Assembly: GCA_002269645.1 (NCBI GenBank)
Contig: NIVC01001426.1
Location: forward strand, 1 to 64,000
Source: Macrostomum lignano
Lineage: Eukaryota
Direction: 5' to 3'
DNA: 64,000 nucleotides
Part shown: one piece after another, positions 22,921 through 34,204 of the stretch
Layout of the letters: each line of letters starts with the position of its first letter
How positions within the stretch are numbered: position 1 is the first letter of the stretch
The notes under the pieces: generated by a model
Databases searched by the model: none
Told to the model about the DNA's origin: nothing
What the model saw: the letters and a program-made list of their open reading frames with translations, nothing else
Position numbers and translations under genes: made by a program

Positions 22921-24618
22921 ATGTCGTGCACTCTGCTCACCTCCGATCTGCTGCTCAGCACCGCTGCCCAGTGCATCCCGGCCATGTCCGATCCGGGCGG
23001 ACTCGTCTGCATTGTTGGTGGCTCGGCCAGTCAGCCGGGACCTGCTCATCTGGCCGCGCTGGCTGCCCTGCGGGCTGGGGCTGATCAGGCGAAGGTTGTC
23101 TGCGCCGACTCGGCGGCTGCGGCGGCTTTGCGCGGCTGCTGGCCGCAGCCGACCGCGATGTTGGAGGTAGGAGCCATCGACAATGGTCGAAGACGGCAGC
23201 GCTTGATTCAATGCTTGCAGGCTGACTGCTGCCAGGCTGTATTGGTTGGTCCTGGGCTCGATTCCAGCGAGGATTCGATTCAGTTGGCAACTGATGTGAG
23301 TAGCTGAATGACTGATTTGAGAATCGCCCTTAATTTCAATCTAGAATCTCCAAAAATCCTCTCACTAGAATCTCCCATAATCCCCTCACTAGAATCTCCC
23401 ATAATCCTCTCTCTAAAATCCCCCTAATCCCCTCTCAAGAATCTCCCTTAATCCCCTCTCTAGAATCTCCCTTAACCCCTCTCTAAAATCTTCCTTAATC
23501 CCCGTCTCTAGAATCGCCCTTAATCCCCTCTCTAGAATCTCCCCTAATCCCCTCTCTAGAATCTCCCCTAATCCCCTCTCTAGAATCTCCCCTAAACCCC
23601 TCTATAGAATCTCCCTTAATCCCTCTAGAATTGCCCTTAATCCCCCAATAGAATCTCCCTAATCCCCGTCTCTAGAATCTCCCTTATTCCTTCTCTAGAA
23701 TCTCCCTTATCCTCTCTATAGAATCTCCCTTAATCCCTCTCTAAAATCTTCCTTAATCCCTGTCTCTAAAATCTTCCTTAATCCTCGTCTCTAGAATCGC
23801 CCTTAATCCCCTCTCTAGAATCTCCCCTGATCCCCTCTATAGAATCTCCCTTAATCCCTCTAGAATTGCCCTTAATCCCCCAATAGAATCTCCCTTAATC
23901 CCCTCTCTAGAACTGCCTATCCCCTCTATTGAATTGCATTTAATCCCTTTAGAATCTCCCTAGTCCTTCTCAAGAATCGCCGTTCTCAATGCCTTAATAA
24001 CACCCACCATCTTCCCTGTCTAATTCAGGCTATAGAAACTGCTCAAGCTCTCAATCAGCCGCTTGTAATTGATGGGGTGAGTTGACCTTTTTTCTGCTGG
24101 TTTAGTTACGTCATGGATGCTTAAAAATAGAAATATTGACATATTTGAAACGCCGCCTTCAGTCCGCACTGGTAGCCGTATCGCGGAATCCAAATCTTAT
24201 CCGTGGCAACCAGCGCGTCATTCTCACGCCAAACTGGTTGGAATTCTGCCAGCTCTGCGAGTCGCAGACTCCACCTATTGCTTCGTCATCATCTTCGACA
24301 CCGACGTCCGCTGGCCGACTGTCCGCAGCTCTTGGCGGTGTCTGTATTCTTTTGAAAGGTCGCGAAGATGTTGTGGCTGCTGGGGCTGGGTCTGATAATC
24401 ATTCTGAAGTATGCGCCCTGCAGGTGAGCTGATGGGGAACTTTGTGCTTAAGCTTAAGGATTATTTCTTTATCCGAATCTAGTCCTGAGGTTTTGAGTTT
24501 TTTAGCCTACGTAGACAGGTACTAACCGCTGCCAGCCGTGCTTAACCTTAAAATAGGCAAAGGTAGATATTGTATAAATATATAAATACAAGATCGTAGA
24601 ATGATAGATAAATTGGTG

Positions 24619-24675
<57 letters not shown>

Positions 24676-24684
24676 GTAGATAGG

Positions 24685-24723
<39 letters not shown>

Positions 24724-24786
24724 GCAGATTAGATAGATAGATAGGTAGATAGATAGATAGATAGATAGATAGGCAGATAGGCAGAT

Positions 24787-24817
<31 letters not shown>

Positions 24818-24871
24818 GTAGATAGATAGATAGATAGATAGATAAGCAGATTAGATAGATAGATAGATAGG

Positions 24872-24923
<52 letters not shown>

Positions 24924-24932
24924 AAGATAGAC

Positions 24933-25006
<74 letters not shown>

Positions 25007-25020
25007 GCAGATAGGCAGAT

Positions 25021-25111
<91 letters not shown>

Positions 25112-25141
25112 GCAGATAGGCAGATTAGATAGATAGATAGG

Positions 25142-25188
<47 letters not shown>

Positions 25189-25246
25189 GCAGATTAGAAA
25201 GATAGATAGATAGATAGATAGAAAGATAGATAGATAGATAGGTAGG

Positions 25247-25285
<39 letters not shown>

Positions 25286-25696
25286 GTAGATAGATAGATG
25301 GATAAGTAGACAGAGTTCTCTTCTTCACCTAGTTAGGTCGCGAGTTCGAATCTCCGCAACCGCCCCCCGTCTCCCCACACGCAGGGCAGCTCCCGCCGCT
25401 GCTCAGGCCAGGGCGCCCTGCTAGCCGGCCTAGCGCTGGTGTTCTCTCACTGGTGTTTCTCGGCCGCCGATGGTCGTACTGCTACTACTAATAATACTAC
25501 TGTGAGTAGTAGCGCGAACTTGCCGATGCTGCGTCATCCGGCTTTGCTAGCCGCTTACGCAGCCGCCGCACTGGCCAGACGGTGCGCAGCTCAAGCGTTT
25601 GCTTCGCGTAGGCGGGCAACCATAGCGGCCGACACGGTGGAACAGATCGGAGCCGCGTTCTGCCGGCTGTTTCCTGAGGCCGACTGTCTGCATTGA
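22921..25696 (+). CDS. NAXD: NAXD/CARKD-like (YjeF C-terminal, ribokinase-like fold) protein with degenerate active-site motifs, about 331 aa
   Basis: Exons 22921-23295, 24029-24076, 24163-24423 and 25385-25696 splice in frame (996 nt). Motifs IVGGS...[53 protein letters not shown] and AAYAA...RRCAAQAF...TIAAD. Confidence 0.85.
23335..23960. repeat. Intronic about 24 bp minisatellite (CTAGAATCTCCCCTAATCCCCTCT)
   Basis: Period about 24 (23521, 23545). Confidence 0.9.
24620..25300. repeat. Intronic (GATA)n microsatellite
   Basis: About 680 bp of GATA units. Confidence 0.97.
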
Positions 25697-25739
25697 CTGC
25701 TGTTTGCTATTAGCTATTATAATTTGTAATACTTAGTCT

Positions 25740-26520
25740 TAGTCTTAGTCATAAATAGCTCCCGCTCTTGGTCATGAATAGCTTCCGGTCTTTGTTTTAG
25801 TAGCTTCCGGTCTTAGTCATGAACACCTTTCCGTCTTAGTCTTGAATAGCTTCCGGTCTTACTGTTGAATAGCTTCCGGCCTTACTGTTGAATAGCTTCC
25901 GGTCTTATTGTTGAGCAGGTTCCGATCTTAGTCATGAATAGCTTCCGGTCTTATTGTTGAGCAGGTACAGATCTTAGTCATGAATTGCTTCCGGTCTTAT
26001 TGTTGAGCAGGTTCCGATCTTAGTCATGAATAGCTTCCGGTCTTATTGTTGAGCAGGTTTCGATCTTAGTCATGAATAGCTTCCGGTCTTATTGTTGAGC
26101 AGGTTTCGATCTTAGTCATGAATAGCTTCCGGTCTTATTGTTGAGCAGGCTCCGATCTTAGTCATGAATAGCTTCCGGTCTTATTGTTGAGCAGGTTTCG
26201 ATCTTAGTCATGAATAGCTTCCGGTCTTATTGTTGAGCAGGTTTCGATCTTAGTCATGAATAGCTTCCGGTCTTATTGTTGAGCAGGTTCCGATCTTAGT
26301 CATGAATAGCTTCCGGTCTTAGTGTTGAGCAGCTTCCGGTCTTAGTCTTGAATAGCTTCCGGTCTTAGTGTTGAGCAGCTTCCGGTCTTAGTCTTGAATA
26401 GCTTCCGGTCTTATTGTTGAGCAGCTTTCGGTATTAGTCTTGAATAGCTTCCGGTTTTAGTGTTGAGCAGCTTTCGGTCTTAGTCTTGAATAGCTTCCGG
26501 TCTTAGTGTTGAGCAGCTTC
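25740..26520. repeat. 23 bp minisatellite with alternating 46 bp dimer
   Basis: TCTTAGTCATGAATAGCTTCCGG alternates with TCTTATTGTTGAGCAGGTTCCGA (25926, 25949, 25972). Confidence 0.95.
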
Positions 26521-27104
26521 CGATCTTTATTGCTTTTTTGTTGCCCCAGTTTTTATTCGGTTTCCAAAGTTTGGTTGATTCACTTCCAGTCTTGGTTTTT
26601 AGTTGCTACGCAGTTTAGATAAAACCGTTGACGATTTGAAACTTCTGTAGCTTCTATTTTACAATATTTGTAGTTACAATTTTTTTCATTTCCTGTAGTT
26701 CTTTAATTTCATCGTTTCAATCGGTTTTTTGCGTCTTACTCAACTACTATTTGTGATATTAATTCAGAATAGATAGAATATATAACCATGCTAAATACCA
26801 TATACATTATCCTTCAATTGTAGACAGATACAGTATCATTAGTTAGGTAGGTAGAGCTAGGGTCACCTAGGTAAAAGTCACTTTACCTTACTTTTAGAAC
26901 TGCCTGTGCACGTGTATATTAAATTAAATAGAAAATAAATTGAAATTACTACTTTTATAACTCAAGTTAATCTGACTTTTTAGTATTTTTTTCTAGTTTG
27001 AGTAAACTAGGTATATCCTTACAACATTGAGATCGATATATTATATGGCTTAGTATGTAACTACGAGATACTCGTATTTAAGTATTGTTTGAGCATATCC
27101 GTAT

Positions 27105-29725
27105 ATGAAATCATTTTTTCAGGCCGACTCAAGCGATTCTGAGCGCGACTTTGAAGCGGATCAGGATAAGGTGAGCCTTCTTTTTTCATGCTGGTAATGT
27201 TAATTTACCCACCTTTAGAGCACAGAGGCAGATTCCCAAGCACTGAGGGAGCGGAGAGGCAGATTCCCAAGCACTGAGGGAGCGGAGAGGCAGATTCCCA
27301 AGCACTGATGGAGGAGCGGAGAGGCAGATTCTCAAGCACTGAGGGAGCGGAGAGGCAGATTCTCAAGCACTGAGGGAGCGGAGAGGCAGATTCCCAAGCA
27401 CTGAGGGAGCGGAGAGGCAGATTCCCAAGCACTGATGGAGGAGCGGAGAGGCAGATTCTCAAGCACTGAGGGAGCGGAGAGGCAGATTCTCAAGCACTGA
27501 GGGAGCGGAGAGGCAGATTCCCAAGCACTGATGGAGGAGCGGAGAGGCAGATTCTCAAGCACTGAGGGAGCGGAGAGGCAGATTCTCAAGCACTGAGGGA
27601 GCGGAGAGGCAGATTCCCAAGCACTGAGGGAGCGGAGAGGCAGATTCTCAAGCACTGAGGGAGCGGAGAGGCAGATTCCCAAGCACTGAGGGAGCGGAGA
27701 GGCAGATTCTCAAGCACTGAGGGAGCGGAGAGGCAGATTCTCAAGCACTGAGGGAGCGGAGAGGCAGATTCCCAAGCACTGAGGGAGCGGAGAGGCAGAT
27801 TCTCAAGCACTGAGGGAGCGGAGAGGCAGATTCCCAAGCACTGAGGGAGCGGAGAGGCAGATTCTCAAGCACTGAGGGAGCGGAGAGGCAGATTCCCAAG
27901 CACTGATTGACTGGAGAGGCAGATTCTCAAGCACTGATTGACTGGAGACGCAGATTCTCAAGCACTGAGGGAGGAGTGGAGAGGCAGATTCCCAAGCACT
28001 GATTGACTGGAGAGGCAGATTCTCAAGCACTGATTGACTGGAGAGGCAGATTCTCAAGCACTGATTGACTGGAGAGGCAGATTCTCAAGCACTGATTGAC
28101 TGGAGAGGCAGATTCTCAAGCACTGATGGAGGAGCGGAGAGGCAGATTCTCAAGCACTGATGGAGGACGGAGAGGCAGATTCTCAAGCACTGAGGGAGGA
28201 GCGGAGAGGCAGATTCTCAAGCACTGAGGGAGGAGCGGAGAGGCAGATTCTCAAGCACTGAGGGAGGAGCGGAGAGGCAGATTCTCAAGCACTGAGGGAG
28301 GAGCGGAGAGGCAGATTCTCAAGCACTGAGGGAGGAGCGGAGAGGCAGATTCTCAAGCACTGAGGGAGGAGCGGAGAGGCAGATTCTCAAGCACTGAGGG
28401 AGCGGAGAGCCAGATTCTCAAGCACTGATGGAGGATTCAGTACCCAACAAAATTCACAATTCCCCAAACCCGCCCAGATCCTGCTGGACGAGCTGTCCCG
28501 CCATGCGGAGGCGTCCAGAAAAAGTCGAGTCAAACAGCCAGCCGCCGAGCTGCTCCCGGTGGGCCTGGACTCCGATAACTCCGCAGACGATGATGACGAG
28601 ATGGTCGGTCAGTATCGCGACATCTTGAAGCGAGCCCGGCTGCAAAAATTTCGCAAGGAGGTCGCCGAAGATTTGGTGGACGACGACGAAGCAGACAAAG
28701 AAGAAGACAGCGAGGAGCAGCTGGCCAACCGGCAGTGGTCGACGTCGCGACGGTATCGCTACGCGGCAGGCGACTCCGACGGCGAAGAGGAAGACGATGA
28801 TATAGAAGGTGGCGAAGACGCCAGCACGGCCAGGCTGATGCGCGAGGAACGAGAGAGACTGCGGCGTCGTTTACTAGGCGTCGGTTTGCCGTCGGATTTG
28901 CCTTCGTCGGTGTCGTCGACATCGGCGACTGCTGCCGCATCGACAGCGTTGTCGTCTAAAGAGTCGTTGAAAAAGCGACCGCAGCAGCAGCAGCAGCTGG
29001 TCCGTCTGGCAACTGAGCTGCCCGCCTACGAGAGGCCGCCGCCGGGTGTGTCTCTGGAGCAGCACCTGTTGCTAAGCGACTCAAACCGTTGGCCCGACAT
29101 GCGACGCGCCTACGAGCAGAAGACTCGACTAGAGAACAGACTCAAACCGTTAGTTGGCCTAGCGGAATCCGAGCTCACAGATGAGCAGGCTGTGCTCAAA
29201 TGGCACTATATATTGTTGTGCGCCTATTTGAGAATGCGAGCAGATCCGACTGTGTCGGCTGGCTTGCATCGGCATCCGATTCGTCGACTGCTTCGCCAAG
29301 CTGAAGATGCGACACGCAATTTAGTCGATATCAGCTCCAACCCCAGTAGTACTACTAGCAGTAGTGTTAATAAGAAATCGTCATCGAAAAAATCTGGAAA
29401 AATTAAATTGGAGGCGGCTGTTGAAGAAGAAGAAGAAGAAGCCGTCGACGACAAGACGAGCCAGCAGCAGCAGCAGCAGCATCGCCCGATCTACTGGGAG
29501 ATGCAGAAGAACCTGCCGGTGCGTCTGCACAAGCGCCGGCCTCGCGGCGGCAAGAAAGCCAAGCCGGGTGACAGCAATCCTCGCGTGAAACTGCGCGACA
29601 AATTCCGTAAAGCTATGATTAAACGTCGATCTCAGGTGCCGGAAGTTCGACCGGAAGTGAATCGCTACTCGGGTGAAAAGTCTGGCATCCGGGCTGGCCT
29701 TGTGAAGTCGCAAAAGTTTAAATAG
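27105..29725 (+). CDS. UTP3: UTP3/SAS10 small-subunit processome component
   Basis: C-terminus NPRVKLRDKFRKAMIKRRSQVPEVRPEVNRYSGEKSGIRAGLVKSQKFK is the Sas10 C-terminal domain, preceded by an acidic N-terminal region. The exon ending at 27170 (…FEADQDK) splices to 28478 (ILLDE…) in frame. Start is uncertain: an in-frame ATG at 27105, or an upstream exon using the acceptor at 27122. Confidence 0.9.
27215..28430. repeat. Intronic 31 bp minisatellite (CACTGAGGGAGCGGAGAGGCAGATTCTCAAG)
   Basis: Period 31 (27241, 27272). Confidence 0.95.
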
Positions 29726-29914
29726 CATTTTTAAAGCATTACATTATTCATGTGGTGGCAAAAGTTCGTAAAAAATACAGAAAGGTCAGCGCAAAATGTA
29801 CTTTGCGGTTATGCACTTTATGAGTGAAAAATATCGTTTCAATGAGCGAAGCTATTCTCTTTTTTATTTCGAATGCCTTGAGACTTAAGAAATGGATGTT
29901 ACTTCGGTAATCAG

Positions 29915-32570
29915 CCTGAGATACCCTCCTCATCATGAGATTCCCTCCTCACCCTGAGATTCCCTCACCCCGAGATTCCCTCACCCTGAGATTCCCTCCT
30001 CACCCCGAGATTCCCTCCTCACCCTGAGATTCCATCCTCATCCTGAGATCTCTCCTCACCCAGAGATTCCCTCCACACCCTGAGATACCCTCCTCATCAT
30101 GATATTCCCTCCTCACCCCGAGATTCCCTCACCCTGAGATTCCCTCCACACCCTGAGATACCCTCCTCATCATGATATTCCCTCCTCACCCCGAGATTCC
30201 CTCACCCTGAGATTCCCTCACCCTTAGATTCCCTCCTCACCCCGAGATTCTCTCCTCACCCTGAGATTCCTTCCACACCCTGAGATACCCTCCTCATCAT
30301 GAGATTCCCTCCTCACCCCGAGATTCCCTCACCCTGAGATTCCCTCCTCACCCCGAGATTCCCTCACCCTGAGATTCCCTCCTCACCTCGAGATTCCCTC
30401 ACCCTGAGATTCCCTTCTCATCCTGAGATTCTCTCCTCACCCTGAGATTCCCTCCTCACCCCGAGATTCCCTCCTCACCCTGAGATTCCCTCCACACCCT
30501 GAGATTCCCTCCTCATCATGATATTCCCTCCTCACCCCGAGATTCCCTCACCCTTAGATTCCCTCCTCACCCCGAGATTTTCTCCTCACCCTGAGATTCC
30601 TTCCACACCCTGAGATACCCTCCTCATCATGAGATTCCCTCCTCACCCCGAGATTCCCTCACCCTGAGATTCCCTCCTCACCCCGAGATTCCCTCACCCT
30701 GAGATTCCCTCCTCACCTCGAGATTCCCTCACCCTGAGATTCCCTTCTCATCCTGAGTTTCTCTCCTCACCCTGAGATTCCCTCCTCACCCCGAGATTCC
30801 CTCCTCACCCTGAGATTCCCTCCACACCCTGAGATTCCCTTCTCATCTTGAGATTCCCTCCTCACCCCGAGATTCCCTCACCCTGAGATTCCCTTCTCAT
30901 CCTGAGATTTTCTCCTCACTCTGAGATTCCCTCCTCATCTTGAGATTCCCTCCTCACCTTGAGATTCCCTCATCTTGAGATTCCCTCCTCACCTTGAGAT
31001 TCCCTCCTCACCTTGAGATTCCCTCCTCATCCTGAGATTCCCTCCTCACCCTGAGATTCCCTCCTCACCCCGAGATTCTCTCCTCACCCTGAGATTCCCT
31101 CCGCACCCCGAGATTCCCTCACCCTGGGATTCCCTCCTCACCCTGAGATTCCCTCACCCTGAGATTCCCTCACCCTGAGATTCCCTCCTCACCCCAAGAT
31201 TCCCTCCTCACCCTGAGATTCCATCCTCATCCTGAGATTCCCTCCTCACCCCGAGATTCCCTCACCCTGAGATTCCCTCACCCCGAGATTCCCTCACCCT
31301 GAGATTCCCTCCTCACCCCGAGATTCCCTCCTCACCCTGAGATTCCATCCTCATCCTGAGATTCCCTCCTCACCCCGAGATTCCCTCCTCAACCTGTGAT
31401 TCCCTTCTCATCCTGAGATTCTCTCCTCACCCTGAGATTCCCTTCTCATCTTGAGATTCCCTCCTCACACTGAGATTCCCTCACCCTGAGATTCCCTTCT
31501 CATCCTGAGATTTTCTCCTCACTCTGAGATTCCCTCCTCATCTTGAGATTCCCTCCTCACCTTGAGATTCCCTCCTCATCTTGAGATTCCCTCCTCACCC
31601 TGAGATTCCCTCCTCACCCCGAGATTCTCTCCTCACCCTGAGATTCCCTCCACACCCCGAGATTCCCTCACCCTGAGATTCCCTCACCCTGAGATTCCCT
31701 CACCCCGAGATTCCCTCCTCACCTCGAGATTCCCTCACCCTGAGATTCCCTTCTCATCCTTCCCTTCCCTTCCCTTCTCATCCTTCCCTTCCCTTCCCTT
31801 CTCATCTCTCCTCACCCTGAGATTCCCTCCTCATCCTGAGATTTCTCCACACCCTGAGATTCCCTTCTCATCTTGAGATTCCCTCCTCACCCCGAGATTC
31901 CCTCACCCTGAGATTCCCTTCTCATCCTGAGATTTTCTCCTCACCCTGAGATTCCCTCCTCATCTTGAGATTCCCTCCTCACCTTGAGATTTCCTTCTCA
32001 TCTTGGGATTCCCTCCTCACCCTGAGATTCCTTCACCCTGAGATTCCCTCCTCATCCTGAGATTCCCTCCTCACCCAGAGATTCTCTCCTCACCCTGAGA
32101 TTCCCTCCACACCCCGAGATTCCCTCGCCCTGAGATTCCCTCACCCTGAGATTCCCTCACCCTGAGATTCCCTCACCCCGAGATTCCCTCCTCACCTCGA
32201 GATTCCCTCACCCTGAGATTCCCTTCTCATCCTTCCCTTCCCTTCCCTTCTCATCCTTCCCTTCCCTTCCCTTCTCATCTCTCCTCACCCTGAGATTCCC
32301 TCCTCATCCTGAGATTTCTCCACACCCTGAGATTCCCTTCTCATCTTGAGATTCCCTCCTCACCCCGAGATTCCCTCACCCTGAGATTCCCTTCTCATCC
32401 TGAGATTCCCTCCTCACCCTGAGATTCCCTCCTCATCTTGAGATTCCCTCCTCACCTTGAGATTCCCTTCTCATCTTGGGATTCCCTCCTCACCCTGAGA
32501 TTCCCTCACCCTGAGATTCCCTCCTCATCCTGAGATTCCCTCATCCTGAGATTCCCTCCTCACCCTGAGA
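29915..32570. repeat. 19/16 bp satellite (GAGATTCCCTCCTCACCCT)
   Basis: About 2.65 kb of mixed 19 and 16 bp units with longer block duplications. Confidence 0.95.
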
Positions 32571-33358
32571 TTTCTTCACATTCAATGCACACGTCTAAAA
32601 ACAACGCGAAAAAACTCAAAACCAATCCAAAATTTCAATACGTACTTATCGATAGTCAGTTTATTTATTTTCAATAAATCTGCATTATTATTAAATATTA
32701 TTTTTTTGAGTTGTTCAAGTGAGAAAAACTAATCTTTAAATAATTTTTGTTAAAAAAGAAGCCGATTCTTAGAAAATATTCAAGTTGTTGCGAAATTTTT
32801 CCACTTCATCTAAAAGGCAACAAAGAAATTTTAACCTTAAAATAAGACCATTCATAGAAATGCTTTCAGTAGTTTTCGCTAATAGTTTGTTTTTTATTGT
32901 GCTCGCTTCCTATAGGCGCTGTTTATTTCGAAAAACTCCGCCTCGTTGCTGCTGCTGAGCGCATCGATGAAGCTGCTACGGATGCTGGAAACTTACAATA
33001 GCCAGCATTCTTTGATTGAGTAATTAAACAGAAAGTAAGCGCACTTGAGCACTTTTGAGCACTCTATGCTGCAATAGATTTCCGAAAGCTTTAAAGGAGC
33101 AGCGATTAGACGGCTGGTTGTAGCTGTCGACGAGAAGATGGGCTGCGTCTCCATGGCAACGAATGAGCCTTTCAGTTCATCTGAAAATCGAAGGGTTACA
33201 GAATTGTCGTGCGATTTACAGCCATGAGGGCCAATCCCATTAGTCATTTCGCATAGCAGCGTAGCATGATAGCCTGCAAGTCTAGTTAAGAGCAAACAGC
33301 TAACTTTTCTGCGTTATCTGAATCTTTTCTTGCTTCAAATTCAATCGAGTTATACAAG

Positions 33359-33470
33359 ATGCCGACGAAGTATTGCATTGCAGGCTGCACCAGCAACTAC
33401 AAAAGCGGTGTATACTTTTCCGAAAGAAGGTGAGGCTGACTCCTGGATGAGGCTTTGCCCATCGGAGCAT
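33359..33470 (+). pseudogene. THAP zinc-finger N-terminal relic
   Basis: MPTKYCIAGCTSNYKSG, then a frameshifted FPKEGEADSWMRLCP, resembling the THAP C-x4-C...FP...W start; interrupted by a 32 bp tandem repeat. Confidence 0.4.
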
Positions 33471-33479
33471 ATTTTCCCA

Positions 33480-33655
33480 TGTTGTCTATAAATGAGCGCT
33501 TGTGTGGCACATCTGTTGTCTATTAGTGAGCGCTTGTGCCACATCTGTTGTCTATTAGTGAGCGCTTGTGCCTCATCTGTTGTCTATTAGTGAGCGCTTG
33601 TGCCTCATCTGTTGTCTATTAGTGAGCGCTTGTGCCTCATCTGATGTCTATTAGT
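33480..33655. repeat. 32 bp tandem repeat (about 5.5 copies)
   Basis: ATCTGTTGTCTATTAGTGAGCGCTTGTGCC(A/T)C at 33511, 33543 and onward. Confidence 0.9.
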
Positions 33656-34088
33656 CTATCTGTTGAATTGTGAAATTTCTCAATTTAGTAATTTTTTTTA
33701 CTGCAACTTATTTCGATTGGCTTCTACAAGTACAGAATAAAAGCATGTGCTTGCCCTGCCTGCCTTCAAGATTTCAGTTCAAGCTCTGAAGAGTGACTGC
33801 GGTGGAGTGCCCGGAGTGAGAAGCGTAGAAACACCAGATGAATTATTTATGGTGCTGCTTCAACAAAATGCCACGTCACGCGTCACTCGTCACGGGTGAG
33901 CAAAGAATTTTTGGAAACAAAAGGCCAGGCTCTGCACGCGAAACTTAAGCAACCTCAAGACTACGTTTTTAAAGCAGGGCCTCTGCAAGATGAAAACTAT
34001 TGTATCTCTAAGACTGCAGCCCGCCGATACTCCGCATCAGTTGAAGTGAATGCCTCCCTCAGAGAGAGTGAGAGAGAGAGAGAGGGGT

Positions 34089-34122
<34 letters not shown>

Positions 34123-34163
34123 AGAGAGGTCACGGCGTGTTAAAAAGATAGTATGAGCGATAT

Positions 34164-34204
34164 GGGCTACCGGTTTCAAGCCTCTGGGCTCTTCGTCAGG
34201 CCAA
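34164..34204 (-). ncRNA. Minimal type I hammerhead ribozyme (3' terminal repeat of the PLE)
   Basis: Minus strand TGGC-CTGACGA-AGAGCC(CAGA)GGCTT-GAAA-CCGGTA-GCC: CUGANGA and GAAA cores, stem II, palindromic ACCGGU in place of stem III, GUA cleavage triplet, GGC/GCC stem I. Confidence 0.75.

Noticed and set aside
25335-25365. B-box-like GAGTTCGAATCTCC as a tRNA gene
   Set aside because: No A box, D arm or acceptor stem upstream; lies at an intron 3' end.
25740-26520. Alternating 23 bp units resembling a CRISPR repeat-spacer array
   Set aside because: The supposed spacers are themselves near-identical repeats, there are no cas genes, and the context is eukaryotic.
32993-33295. 100 aa minus-strand ORF, and short ORFs at 21.1, 38.2 and 45.9-46.2 kb, as host genes
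   Set aside because: No recognisable motif or consistent splice structure.
33785-33835. CTGAAGA...GAAA as a third hammerhead
   Set aside because: No convincing stems I-III around the cores.
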